A program made the translations under genes and the position numbers. A stretch of DNA of 63,987 bases, the filler included, from Choristocarpus tenellus KU-1152 (Eukaryota > Protista > Phaeophyceae), in NCBI GenBank assembly GCA_964200185.2. It is 11 parts of 11 records of this genome, joined end to end, with 100 filler letters (N's around TTAATTAATTAA, not from the genome) between each part and the next. Parts side by side here need not be neighbours in the genome. Positions count along the whole stretch, not along the records: positions 23,068 to 34,375 come from CAXNAD020002390.1; positions 34,476 to 41,237 come from CAXNAD020007401.1; 9 more parts are not named here. The stretch is one strand, 5' to 3'. The notes under the pieces are model-generated. The model was given only the letters and a program-made list of their open reading frames with translations, was not told the DNA's origin and searched no databases. Of this stretch, positions 26,701 to 40,458 are shown one piece after another. Position 1 is the stretch's first letter; each line of letters starts with the position of its first letter.

Positions 26701-29700
26701 GGCCAATATGAAGAACAGCTAATCCTCTTCACCAACAAGTCACTCTTCAATGCTCTGGAGTTATTTTTTTATTTTCTTCTGCATTTTTTTTGCGTTAGCA
26801 CACACACTTGGTACCATGCTTGAGGCTAATATCTTGCTTCCCAATGATTAAACAAATTCGATCAAATTCCTATTCAAATTTGATTGGTTCTTGCGACAAG
26901 GTATACTTCTCTGGCTCCCACAATATCACAAAGAATAAAGTTGATCAATCGACAGTGGCGCTGTTGATATCTCAGAGTGGCCAGACCTTCCCCACACTGC
27001 ATGCCACACGTATCTTGGGCAAAGAGCTTGGCGACCAGGTTTTTCTCCTCACTGTGAGTGGCATACCTGGAACATTCATTGCAGGGGTGGGCGCCAAGCT
27101 GGGAGTGATTTCTTGATCACATTATGACTGTTTTGGAATGATACATAGATTTAGGGTCATTGTATTGATAATAAACTCTGCACCTGGTCGAATCTGTGGG
27201 AAGGCAATGTCGAGTTCATAGTGTTTGCTTCATGTTTTTCATGACTGTGAGTGTATTGGGACGAGAGAATGGACCCCAAGGTTGTCAGTATTTGGTGGAT
27301 TGCGTATTCTTCTGATTAAGAATATATGGAAATCATGTTGCCAGTCACTAAGAGTGATTCAATGCTTGATGCTACCTTTGCCATTTGTTGTAATGTCTTG
27401 ATAAAGCTGTTGGATCTCACTTATTGTCTCTTCTTTGAATAACCAACTGCAGTGGCATCCCTTCTCTCCAAGATTCGCTGTAGGTTCCTACATGATCATC
27501 ACTGTTCCCTCTTTTTACCAGAACGTGCAAACTTCAATTCTCACCTGTGCAACTCCAGGGCACACATGGCTCGAAGATGGAACAAGCCCTTGCTGAAGCA
27601 TGCATGAGGCGTGGAACACCCCTTCTTGTGCCACGGTCATTCAACAATCTCAGTGGTCACCGTCCGGCTGAACCCTCTTCACTTGCTGCTGCGGCAACAC
27701 ACCACACTTTGACACGTCTCACTCTCACTGTGGTCGAGTACATCCACCAACATCAAGTGCCAATCATTGAAGTCCTTTCTAAATCCATACATGGGAAGGG
27801 AGAAAAAGGGTGGGCAGAAAGGACAAGTCAAAACACCATCTCGAAATCTAATAAGGATGATGTCCTGACAGTTACCAACCCACTGGATGTGGTGGATGCA
27901 GCTATGCTTGTCTCGGATGCTACTGTATCTACCATATCAGAAGTGAGACAATATCTTGTTGCCCAAACTTGACCCACCTTTACTTCACCCACCTTTACTT
28001 CACCCACCTTTCAGGGTGCTGAGTGTGCAAATATGAGATGACGTGAGGGTGGGAAATACTGTTAGAAGTATTGGCACATGACCATGACATACATATTCTG
28101 GTATTCTCCCCTACATCTGCTAGTCACCTACCGCATGTGCTATGCCAGAGTAGTCCCCCACGAAACTGTGAACCTGTTGAATGTATTTTTACCCCTAGAG
28201 CTGCTGTAGCTCCCAATACCCCCATGTTTAGATAGAGAAAAAAGAAAATTTTGGGGGGATAGTTGAAAGTCAAGGTGAAGTTTGATGACTGCTGTACCTG
28301 TATTGATGAAACCTTATTCTTTCTTTGCCTTACAATCCATCAGAGTGGTTGTTGTCGTGACACTCTACAACCTACTCACTCCATCACAGACAGAACTCAG
28401 AAGTTACAACTGTTGGTATGGTACAGATGCACTGCTGAAGTGTCTCTCAAACATTAACGAGTCCAGATTGTCTACACTTTTCAAGTAGCCCATGTCCAAA
28501 TTCCACCCTATTCATGTACCAGTTATGGTATGAAGTGGGATTCACTTGGAGTAGCCATAACATCATTGCTTCTGCTCATTTTTGCCCTTTCAGTGTGGGT
28601 AAATGCTGATATTAGATTTACTTTGGGTGCAATATACAGCACTATATGATGTGTTCAAATTTGTGTTTAGGACATAGTTCTACTGTAGCTCTTCTACATT
28701 GAGGTCCGTTCATGAATGCCATTGTGCTATTTTATCCCCACTCTCTTTGTTGCCTCCCACCTGTGCCCTCGCTCTTAACTCCTCCCCAGGTGGTTGGATT
28801 TGATTCCTCTGGGAATGCACTTCCCACGAAAGTTAATGAGAGGTGAGAGAGTTAAGTATAGCAGTGCTTCTCATCCTTTGATAGGGGCAGCTGTTCCCAT
28901 ATAAGTGGACAATGAGCTAACCAATTCCTTTGTTAATAGACAAATTTTTCGTTTTTTTCTTTTGATTAATAAGTAAATTGAAAAAGTACAATTTTGCGGA
29001 CCATGAAGTTGCAGTTGTTGGCAATGATGTAGTCAGAGATTTACTACCCAGTAGGACTGCACATCAATGTTTGGTTGCAATGGTTAACCCATTTTCATGT
29101 TGCTAGGCCTCACACCTTCGCAATTGAGAACTGGCATATACTTTCATTTAATAACTGAATCCAATTCCCTTTCAACCCCTGACTAGAGTATCAATCCAGA
29201 TTCTGCTTCTTCAACCTGTTATGCTCCATCCCCCTCTTGCACCCCCCCTTAAACATTGGCGTTTTTTTATCTGAAAACTGAGACCTAAGCGACTGCCTAA
29301 CATGTATTCAACTCCTTCCCGCTGTTTGGTGTCTGCAACACATTATTTGTGGACCAACACACACACAGCCTTGTGCAGCAGGGATATCATTGGGCATGCC
29401 ATGTGCGGGAGTCCTGGGAGGTGTTGGTCCTTGTTGGTGCTTACATATTTGTATCAGTGACGTTTCAGGTTCCGGTCTTCCATGTTGTGGCATCAGTTTT
29501 CAACTTTCTAGCAAATGTGGCGGGCGCTGATCTGTGCCAGGACTTGTGTTGGACGTCCCCTGTGTGGATGTGAGTGCGCTTAGAGTTTTATATTGGTGCT
29601 GGATCTACAGGCAGTTGGCAGTCTTTTTATCAGGAAGTGTACTTTCCTTGAAACAACTATTGGCATTCCTTCAAGTCTGGTCCTGCTATTCCACTTCTTT

Positions 29701-32700
29701 TTGTATAGAAATAGTTTGCTTTCTAGTTCTTGCACTTGTTGTTGACCTGTTTCTATTCCAAGATTTTAAATTTGGATGACCGTGTCGTGCATGTTAGTGC
29801 TCACATGTGAAATCAGGATTTTCTTGTACATCTGTGCACAAATGCCAAGGAGTGCCATTGGCCAGCTTTCCTGCATACACACTGAAGGCTTGCTTGCTCA
29901 CCTACCTTCGGGCTATGCCAGATCACATGCATTCCTCCTAACTCAGTACTAGATGGTGAGGGGACAACCTCTGAAAGGTTCTGACACATAGAACTAAAAA
30001 TTAGTTATAGATATGTGAGCCTGCCATGTGTCACAATTTAGCACTTTGAGTATTATGTCCAACTTTGTAGTCTTCACCTGCTCTGTGTTTGGAAGAAGTG
30101 AAGGGATCTATGAATAGAGTGTACATTGTACAGTATCTATGAACAGAGTATACATTGTACAGTATCTGTGAATAGAGTGTACATTGTACAGTATCTATGA
30201 ACAGAGTATACACTGTACAGTATCTATGAATAGAGTGTACATTGTACAGTATCTATGAATAGAGTATACATTGTACAGTATCTATGAACAGAGTATACAT
30301 TGTGCAGTATCTATGAATAGAGTGTACATTGTACAGTATCGGTCGCCTTTTGGAAGGTGTATCTTTGGTTGTCTCCAAGAAACCTGCCAACTGTCTAAAG
30401 AGGGAAAAATCCGAATGCAAAGAAAGTGCTGTTGTAAATCACAATCAACATACGATTCGAAACTTAAGCTTTTAGGCTCTAACCCTAAGATATTGTGCTT
30501 TTTCGTGTCAAAAGCGAAGCAACAGAAGTACTGTAGAAAATTCGTTAAGGCAGTTTTCCAAGAGCTGGGTTGTATTTTTAGCATGGGGATAGGTTGCCAT
30601 TGCATTCTACAGCACACGCACACAACCTGGAGTATATATATATGCTTCCAAATATTTCTTTGATAAGTGGAATCATGTGTTAAATATACCAGTTTTGTTC
30701 AATGTTTGTAGAGTTACCACTTGCCGGCCTGTCATGTTAAGGGGTTAGCCTGTTTCCTGATTTTCACCTGATGTTTGACACATCATAAACACCTCTGAAT
30801 GTTTCTTTTTATCTGTTCCTGCCTCTAGTGTTCGTAATTGTGAAGCTTGAGACATGATCCAATGATCCAAACACGTTGGGACTGTTTGTGTGACTCTGCT
30901 AATGTTGGATGTATTGTGTGTGGTTGTTTTCAATTTGTAGTCTCTGTGTGCTCAATCACCTTGAGGGGGTTGGCAGCTGTACCAGTGTTTTATATCAGTT
31001 GGACTATGCAGTGATATTTTCCTACTTGCATACGATTTTTGATGTGTATCGTTCAAGTGCTAGTATTACTATGATCCATCTTTGATATTCGCACTTTTAG
31101 CCTGGAACTTCTGTACCTCCACCTCATCTAGACTGCTCGACCTGTGGTCAGATGGGATTGCGCACTGCACTATTTCTATCCTACAAACTAAAATGTTGAG
31201 GAAGGCCAAATATCGACAAGGAGAGGCTTTTGTTTCTAAGACTAAACCAGTGGAAGGCACATGTACTCCAAAGTGCTTTATAACATTCAAAGTCATTAGC
31301 TTCCATACATTTTGTCTGAAGTAGCAGCACTTCTTTGTTCATGAAATTTCTTCTTGAGGTTCAACGACATAATGCCAACTTACATTTTGTCTGGTCCATG
31401 TCCCTAGTTGGAGTGTAAATGATCCTCTTTTGCCTTGTCATTCAAATTGTGCCATCGGTCCCTTAACACTGAATAGTTCCTCAAAACATGATTTTTCAGT
31501 GTTCAAACATCATACCTTGTATAACCTCCCCCCCAGCCTCTTCACTCTGCATACGTATATATATATATATTTGTGTTGTGATTCTCTTGGAACATGTCCT
31601 TACAATTCACCCCTCTTTCAAACCTGTTCACATTTTGTTCAACCAACTTTGGGCATGGCGATATTTTCCCACTGTTTTGCAGGTCTTCATCTTGGGAGGA
31701 AGATAAACTTATCTCCTTAGTTGTAGGTGCATTCATTCGCTTGCTGGATGCTGCCTTTTACGTCTGGATTGGCTACATTCTAGTGCTTATCAAGAGGTGG
31801 AGGGAGGGCCGGCCCTTGAGGGTGAGGGCTGGAAAAGGATCTGGGGTTATCGCAGTATCTTACCTCCTCAATAGTCCATGAATTCAAATAGTTCCTGACA
31901 TTTAAGGACAGACACGATGCTTTTTCTTGAGAACTTCACCTTCACGTCTGTCTGACCTTGAAAGGTTAGCCTTCCCTGTGAACCACGTGGGCTCTGAACA
32001 CGACAAAGACAAAGAAAAATAGCAACAGAACTATTACCATGTTCATATGACGTAGAAAGACTATACGAATTGTCTCAATTGTTTCAACATGTTGAGGAAA
32101 GTACATACCGAAAGTAGCACCTAGAAGAAGGTTCAGTATTTACTTTTTTTGCCATAAATTCAGATTCAAACTCGATAAAAAAATTAATTTAGATTTTTAC
32201 CTGAGTTTCGTGCCAAGTGTAGGAGAAGAAAAAACGTAGCATATGTAAACAGTCTGTGATACTCCTGGTTACATTTTTCTTTCTTGCACCCTATGAGGCA
32301 CACATTTTTTGATCTCTTGTGAACATCTGTGTCACTTCTGACAGGCCCGTCTCGGAAAGCGAACTGTGGTTGTTGTTGACGTGCCCTGTGTCCATCAATT
32401 GGTGGAGACGTTTGTGTCAAAGGTGATGAACAAAGAAAATTATTTGCCGTTGTCTTTAATGCACATAGTTCTGTCCATGTCTTCCTTTGACACACACACA
32501 TTTTTGATGAAATAGTGAGTTCCTTTTCGACCTCAACTAGGGTAACATTATTGCTGTGTGATCCTTTGGAATGTGCCTGATTGTGGTAGACGCATGCGGG
32601 CTGTGGAAAGTATTTATGGACTGTTCATATATATTTTGTCGGCAGGTACATTTTGTATGTTTTTGTGCAAATAGCTCTATATGGCGAACTGAGAATGACC

Positions 32701-33918
32701 GTTCACCTACGAGCACATATTTTGAACTAGGCCATCCTAACTTTGCTTTTCCCTCCTCTGAGAACCAAAATGGAAGTCAAATCTTGAGTATCATGAAGAT
32801 GTTTTCGGGATGGTTACTCCTAACATTGTTAAAAAAAACTATGCTAGTAGGCTGCATAGGTTCATTGAGATTTTGCTTGAGAGCGATATTCATCATCCTG
32901 TGTGGTGGTATACTGACTGTTCACAGCTGTTCTCCATGGGCTACAGCTTTATGAGCATTGATGTGCATGGTGGATCTAGCGTGGATCATTTTGTTCACCG
33001 ATTTACGCACAGAGTGTCTAGAGGGGTTCTTCTTGCAGTTGGCCGCCCTGATGGACGGATGAGCAACCTTAGCAAGACTGAGGCATCTGTCATCCTTGCG
33101 TGTAAGCAGGTACGAGAAAGAATGCTTAGTGATTTGAACATGAAGGCAACTTTTATACCAGTATAGTCTCTTTTTAATTTCTCTTCCTGTCTCAGCATGA
33201 TCAAACCAAGGAATGGAAGAACAGCCTTAGAAGCAAAGAAGATATGTTGACGTTTCCCTGAATAGTTATTTTGTGGTGGAAGTGCCCCTATTCTTGATTG
33301 CGAGACAATGAAATATCTACTGAACGCGTCAATTCCCAACCCCAACCTACCACGAATGTAGAAAGTGAGAGAGATATTTATGGAGAAAGGGTTAGGGTTT
33401 CCAGGAAAGACCGACATTTGGCCTGCTTGATTTGACGCGCGGTTCGCCAACTCAAGACTGAAAGACTACAGCCCGATCGCCGACCCTGTGCATGCGTGTT
33501 AATACACTGACAGGCGGCCTTCATCCATAACTTTGGTACTGGGCCTGAAATAGTGTCCGTGGGGCACAACCCAGCCCAGGTATTGGGATACCAAAACAAT
33601 CACATAGTCCTTCCCACCTGGCGGCGAAATTTTGTGGATGAGGAGATTCGGCACAGGGTGCCTGAGCCTGGAGCACCATCCACGGATGACATTCTGAAAG
33701 ATATCAGTGTAAGGGCTGAAGAATGCTGGAGATGCAATAGCAAACTCATCGATTCTGCAGAGAGTCATGATACCTGGAGCCCTAGATCACATTCTAAAAG
33801 GGGGGTTGCCTTGTTGGCCAGCAGCAAAGAGTTAAGGGAAACAATGGTCAATGTACCCATGGGAGCCCACCACTGCGGGCCAGACATGCAGAAGACTGAC
33901 TTCAGAGATTTGGTGATG
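23734..33918 (+). CDS. GlmS-like protein (Ntn amidotransferase-like tail + SIS sugar-isomerase domain + hydrophobic segments), 13 internal exons, partial at both ends
   Basis: Exons 23734-23847, 24574-24831, 24994-25067, 25131-25513, 26132-26274, 26901-27053, 27559-27942, 28790-28842, 29369-29569, 31683-31821, 32345-32422, 32927-33109 and 33514-33918 are all AG/GT-bounded and phase-compatible (2568 nt, 856 aa). Motifs: HGSFGI...GQPMGL...LYGSEASAL, ALLISQSGQTFPT, GHRPAEPS, RLGKRTVVVVD, HRFTHRVSRG...GRPDGR, GPEIVSVGHNP. Confidence 0.85.
30107..30338. repeat. 29-bp tandem minisatellite x8 (intronic)
   Basis: Unit TCTATGAA(T/C)AGAGT(G/A)TACATTGTACAGTA, head to tail with no spacers. Confidence 0.95.
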
Positions 33919-34587
33919 GTGAGCTTCACATTTCTTATTTACTTTCATCTTAACTTGGGTGTTACCCTGTAGTCTATTGTGTATTACTTCATTTTTTATC
34001 ATGAGAGTTCAATACTACAATTGGATTGAGGAGTAATTCCGAAAAATCAATGCAAGCACACTTCATGTGTACTCTAAATAGGAATGTTACTATTTCACAC
34101 CTTACAAAGTAGACTGATGGTATCTGGGTGAGTCTGCTTACTGTCCTGTATGCCAAAATATTTGTTCTGGATGAATGATCAAATTTACTTGCCACAATAT
34201 TTTGTGGTAGGTGGTATGTCCTCAACAGCTCTCAATTGCTGGCTTGTGTTCTCCTGTGAACATATTTCTACACATATATGTTCCTGGTGGTGGTTCAACA
34301 AAAGGAGGATATTATGGTGTTGTCTCTCTATCATGTAGCAATGACTCAAAGTATCTGGGGGGGGGGTGGCGGCTGNNNNNNNNNNNNNNNNNNNNNNNNN
34401 NNNNNNNNNNNNNNNNNNNTTAATTAATTAANNNNNNNNNNNNNNNNNNNNNNNNNNNNNNNNNNNNNNNNNNNNCATAGGGAGTGGGGCATGTCGCTGT
34501 GTTTCATTTTTTATTTATTTTGCCCCAAGTATGTGTACTGCGTTGTATTATTAATATTGTGTAGTGTAAAAATGGGTTTTCTGATTA

Positions 34588-34846
34588 GAGTCAAAGTATC
34601 TTAGAGGGCAGAGCCGCGTCCATTTGGGGGCCAAAATCCAATGTTACAATTTCGATGCAATTTTGACTATCATGTTTGTTAGGAGATGTCAATATCCTTG
34701 TTCTGGACACTTCCTTTCATAACATACACATTTTACCTACCCCGAAACATTTTGGAGCAGGTAAAATGTCGCCAAAAACCCGTGGGAAGCCAAGCCCCAA
34801 ATGGACAAACAGGGTAACAATCGTACCCTCTAAGATACTTTCACTC
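34588..34846 (-). mobile_element. MITE family B, full copy, TSD ATTA
   Basis: GAGTCAAAGTATCTTAGAGGG...CCCTCTAAGATACTTTCACTC; ATTA at 34584-34587 and 34847-34850. Confidence 0.9.
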
Positions 34847-35657
34847 ATTAATATGATGTTATTGCTGTATATATACCTTATATTATCATAGTGTTTGAAA
34901 ATCCTTCTGATATCTTGTCATTATTGCTGTATACCTTATGTTGTCATACCGTTTGAAGATCTTACTCTGTATGCATTTGATTGGAGGACCTTCAAAATGG
35001 TATGGCAATATAAGGTATACGACAAAAACGGAATATCTTACCAGAAAAAGCTGTTTTTTTGTAATATATATTTGGTATATATATTATGATATTAAAATAG
35101 TGATCTTGGAGGAACCATAAAAGTAATGTTACTTGTAGGTCAAAGTGAGTAAACAAAGAAGAGGTGATTTAGAAAATATTGTTGAAAAAATATTGACTTC
35201 AAGTAGCTCAATTATAAAAATCACTCAAATGTATTACCTTGGTTCAGATCTATTGAGTAGTCGTGCTTTACTAAATGTTCTGCGATTTTATGGTGGTTAC
35301 ACGGCTTTGATTAGAGTAGGTGGGAAGTGGTATGACTATCCTCTGTTGAAGAAACCAATGTTGGTATGAGAATATTATATGCATACCTTCAGCAGTATAT
35401 ATATAGATATATTGATAAACATTAGTATGAAAATGTTGCGGTATACCTTTTAATGTCATACCGATTCGCTCATCCCCACATTATAATGTTGGTGGGAATC
35501 TCCGATTTGTCAATAAAAAAGTGCGATCTATTTTTTATTTATTATTTATTATTTTTTTATTTCTCACGTGAATTTTGGTGTTTGCTCTTTGCCAATGTCT
35601 GATTCTCTCTTTGCGATTTTTACCTTTTGTTTTATTTGTTTTGTTTGACCCTGAAAG

Positions 35658-37522
35658 GTGGGAGGTGAGAGCATCGGCATTGACAATATGGAGACTGATT
35701 GTGGGTCTGAAGTGGGGGGAGTTGGTGATGGCCTGGGAGGCGGGGGTGGGGATGGTAATCTTTCTGGAGCAGAGTCTGATGGGGCGCTGCTCGACACTCG
35801 GCAGAGTATCATCCTCACGGTGGAAAACCTTCAGGTGTTGTGTGGGTTTATATAGATACGTGGATGGCATGTGCTGATGTGTATTTTTATTTTCTGGAGG
35901 TGTGGGTTGTGTGGTCGGGATGGGAGATTTCAGGTGTGTTTTTGAAGGATGGATTGTTACTTTTTTTGTTTTGTTTTGTTTTTTGAACTTTGTAATGTAT
36001 CTTTTTTATTTTTTTGTTTTCCTGGTTTGTGCTGAAAATGTTTTTTATTTTTTTGGTGGGTTGAGAAATTACTTTTTATTTTTTATTAATTTTTTCAGTG
36101 TGCTCTTATCGTTTTGATCTCTAGTACTGTTGTATATGTGTATGTATGTATGTATGTATCGATTTTATTTTTGACCACATAATTGATGGTATGCATTTTT
36201 TTTTAATGTAGTGACTGTGTCCTCTGCTCTGTTTTTGGAACAAATGGATACAATTTTATGTTAACTTTTTTTTTGTTGAACATCTTATGTGGTACCTAGT
36301 TTATGATCATGTAGTTTTCTGTTTTGTCTCACTACTTTTCTGGAGCCTTGGAACAAACCTCAGAGGCGTGTACAAAGAGCCTATACAGCCACCGTAGCGC
36401 CTAGAGCTTTTGCAGAGGTACTGAGCATTTTTTTTTCTTGTTTTTTCTTGTTTCTTGTTTTTTTTTCAGGCTCACAATGAGCAGCTCCAGGCCAAGGTTG
36501 TGAAGCTACAGAAAGAGGCGAAGACATCTGACCTGGTCTGGAAGGTGGGTGATTAGATCTTGGTAGCTACCTGGTTGAACCTTACATTGATGTAGTCTAT
36601 ACAGTTTTCTTGTAGTCCAGAAGTGGCTGGGTAATTCATTCTTAAGGTGCCTTCTTGTTGTAGGTTGTGTAACAGGGGATGCATCTCCTGTAGTGGACTT
36701 CGATCCTGTGAACTGTAATATAATGTAATATTGTATGGTACAGTATAGTCTAATATAGTATAGTATATTATAATATAATATAGTACACTATAGTATAATC
36801 TAAAATAGTATAGTATAATGCAATATAATATAATGTAATACACTATAGTATAATATAGTATAGTATAGTATGATATAATTTAATATAGTATAATATAATA
36901 TAGTGTAATATAATATAATAGAGACAAAAATTAATAAAGCGATGTAGTGTATCTCACCTGCTTCATATGGATTTACACCTAACTCCTATCTCTAAGTGCT
37001 TCAGAATAAAAGTTAAAACTAAAGTAAGAGTGGTTAAATTTCTGTTTTGCCCTTTTAATATCTTGTGTGATGTGTACTGATCCTGTTTTCTTGAAATTTC
37101 AAAATGTGCCTCAACCATTCTTTGATCTTAATATATTTTTATTTTGTGCAGTGTTATTAAATAGAAATAAATCAGTGTGTTCTGGCCCTATGTTGTCAAA
37201 TTACTTTTTTTTTTATTTTTTAGGAAGAAACTTTGACCTTTTTGTTTTTTTAGCAGGATGTGTGTGGGGTTTTCACTGAGGGGTAAAGAATGAAATGCTA
37301 ATTTTTTATTGGCCATATATTTTTTGTTAAAAAAAAGAGAAAATTTTGCTATGTGTATTATGAAAATACTTTTATAAAAAATGTCACAAATCGATGAAAG
37401 GGGGACTTCCCATAATCTTTTGTTTTCTATTTTGTTTTCTAATGGTCTGATTGATGGTGGGGGTGTCCAGGAAATGGGTTAAGTATGAACCTTCAAAATT
37501 ATGATGACTCCTAAGAGATTTG

Positions 37523-37556
<34 letters not shown>

Positions 37557-40458
37557 CCCTATTTTTTATTTTCTCAGAGATTGTGCTTGAGTGGCTAGCT
37601 TTGGGATGATGACTTGTGGATAATGCTGGGTTGCACTCTGGGCTCTATTTTGTGAACTGTTGGGATGGCATTGTAGTGAATGGGGCGAGAATGGAGTTGA
37701 TATTGTGTCTGGATTATTATTATTTTTTAAATTGATGTACATAGTGAATAAGAAAAAAAAATAGAGGTAAACGAGAGGGAGGGGTCATTTCGATTTTTTT
37801 TTAAGTTTATTTTTGAGCATGGTTTGATTTTAAAAGGATGAAGAAGAAGACATTTGAGAAAGGGGTATTGATCAATAGGTATACCTTGCTTCTGCCAAGT
37901 GAATTTTTGAGCAGCAAGCCCCCCCTTTCCCCCCTCCCTTACTTTGACTCCATTGTTGTTTAGGAATAGGGATGTTGTGATTTTTGAAGTTACGGGCTTT
38001 GATTTGATTGGTTGATGCTTGAGTAGTTGATGTTTGATTGGTTGGTGTCTGATTGATTGATTTTTGGTTTATAATTGATTGGTTGATGTTTGATTGGTTG
38101 ATGGGTATGAACTCTTGTGATGTTATCAGGACCCGATGACCTGTATGCTCGTTCAGGTATTTTGGGTTATGTGGGGTGGGGGCTTTTTCTTACAGGGGGA
38201 GATCTGTTAGTTAATGTGCTCTTTTTTTGTTTTTTTTTGTATGTTGTGTAAGAGGTACGAAGAGGTTCAGTATAGTATGTAAAAGTGTTTGGGGTTAGGA
38301 TTAGGATTAGGATTAGGGTCAGGTTACAAAGTATGGAAAGGGGGGGAGGAAAAATATAATAAAATATCAAGAATTGAGATGCCGTCATTTGTTCCACCTT
38401 AGGGTTAGAATATTCACACCACTATGTGACCACTTTGGAATTTTAGAATGGTGGCATCTCAATGATTGACAAAGTCAGAGGATGGGAACCTAACCCAGTA
38501 CGATCCACAGGTCATCACCCACCTAATATTGCACTCTCCCCAGTGTTAGGTGGTCTTCTCGATAATGTTGTTTCCCATTGAGCCTCCTGGGACCCTCTCT
38601 CAATTTGTCGTTGTCCTCCTGCCGCAGGGAGTTCGTAGAGCTGTCGAGGCGTGATGTGATCTCACAGTAGTCATTCTTTTTATATTATTATTATTATTAT
38701 TGGTATTATATTTTCATAGTGTTATTGTTTTCATATTTTGTTTTATTTTTGCATGTTAGTGTTACCATTTTCTCTATGTATTTATTATCGTTTTATCTTT
38801 TTATCTTTTTGTGTTATCATAATTATTACTATTGTTATTAGTATTATTGTTATTAGTATCATAATTATTAGTAGTATTGGTATTATTATTATTATTTTAT
38901 AATTATTGTTATTAGTTTTATTATTAGTATCATAATTATTGTTGTTCAACGAGCATGACGATTTCCTGCCACATGTGGTTTTGTTTCTTTGTTTGATGTG
39001 TAGCCTGCTGAATCAGGGCCACTTGTTGGTTACATATCCATCTTGGAGGCGAGGCTGACTGAGGCTGAGGAGGAAATGACAGCAATGCGTGCGACGCATG
39101 CGGAGGAAGTGGCAGAGTTGGAGGAGGAGGCTGAGGTGGGGAGGGTGGGGGGTGGAAAGTTGGCTTCTCTTTGTCTGAATTGATTGTTGTTATGGTAGTA
39201 ATATTGAATAGTAGACATTGGAGAGGATCTACATACTCAATGTGGTGTCTTTTTGAGGTATACCTGATGTGAACACTTGAAGTGGGTTGGCTCTTTTTTG
39301 GGTGGGGGGGGTGGGGGGGGGACGTTGGCATATCATTGCTCTGATATTATTATTTTTGTTCTAGTTAAGTTTTTTTTCACTCTACTTTTGACTTTTGAAA
39401 GTTGATGGATCTCTTGGGTTGCTACTGGGCTGATTTGTGTTTTTGTCATATTTTGTAAGGTGTGTTCTTTGTATAGGGTTAGGGATAACTTTCTGTCCTG
39501 GTGTGATGTTTTTGAGTGAAATCATGTGTATTTAGTTGGATTTTTAAGTGCGTGTATGTTTGCTCTATTTCTGGTAAGTAAAGTAGAAGTGTGTGATGTT
39601 TATTTTTGTTTATTTTTGTATGTTCCTTTTTATATTTTGTTGGTTGAGAGCATAAAGAAGGACGGCAGCAGTAGGTCAGTACATCCTCCCCCCCCCCCTT
39701 GTCACTTTCACCTTATCCAAATGTCTCCTACAGGGTGCATTGTTTTGATGTTGCAATGAACCAAAGTATCTGGGGGGGAGGGGGTCACCACCAGAGTGTC
39801 CATTTGAACCAAATCACCCAAAAATTGTGACATGAAAAAATTGGCACCAAATGGACAGCCGCCACCCCCCCCCCAGATACTTTGAGCCTAATTTGGGATC
39901 TATGCTTTCATTATTTGGCAATATTTTTATTTTTCCGGTAATCGATGTTTCTGAAATATTCCTGTTTTAGGGTTAGGGTTACGGACAAGAACAATGGAGT
40001 ATGTACGTTGGCAAAGGGTGAAATGTGTGATACATACATACATACATACATACATACATACATACATACATACATACATACATACATACATACATACACA
40101 TATATATATATATATGTATGTATATAAGTGTGTGTTTATATTATATACATATTTGTATTACATGTTATGCATTGTTTTTCCCTTCGAGGTTGTTGATTGT
40201 TGTTTTGTAGTAGGGAGTACATAGAGAAGTCTGCGGTAATGATCTCGTTCGTTTCCACCCTTTTGTGTTGTTCTTTTGTCTTTTTTCTTTGTCAGAGCTT
40301 CCTTGTTGAGAACGGATTGACAGGGCTTGAGGTGACCCCAGCCACTCCGATGACTCCTTCGGGTGCTCTGGTGGGAAACAATAAGACGGACTTGGACGGC
40401 AAGGCTTCCGGTCGGGTTAAGGAGTTGGAGGCGCAGGCCAAACGCCTTCAGGAGGAGG
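35658..40458 (+). CDS. Internal exons of a probable coiled-coil protein gene (approx. 35658-35834, ~36364-36417, 36470-36544, 39017-39135, 40296-40458)
   Basis: GC-richer islands with splice signals in low-complexity introns: AHNEQLQAKVVKLQKEAK, ILEARLTEAEEEMTAMRATHAEEVAELEEEAE, RVKELEAQAKRLQEE. The exon chain is not fully resolved. Confidence 0.6.
36715..36921. repeat. AT-rich pentamer microsatellite (TATAG/TATAA)n
   Basis: Directly visible degenerate pentamer array. Confidence 0.85.
39758..39888 (-). mobile_element. MITE family A, internally deleted copy
   Basis: Both TIRs present; about 45 bp of the interior is missing relative to 23068-23240; flanks CAAT / TAAT. Confidence 0.85.
40030..40100. 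repeat. (TACA)n microsatellite
   Basis: Directly visible. Confidence 0.95.

Noticed and set aside
30107-30338. CRISPR-like array of 29-bp repeats
   Set aside because: Units are contiguous with no unique spacers, there are no cas genes, and it lies in a eukaryotic intron.
31822-31881. ORF-track continuation VRAGKGSGVIAV as part of the GlmS-like protein
   Set aside because: The GTGAGG donor at 31822 joins in phase to exon 32345-32422 (ARLGKRTVVVVD), so this stretch is probably intronic.
39911-40224. ORFs with MYVC/HTYI repeats
   Set aside because: They are translations of the (TACA)n microsatellite.
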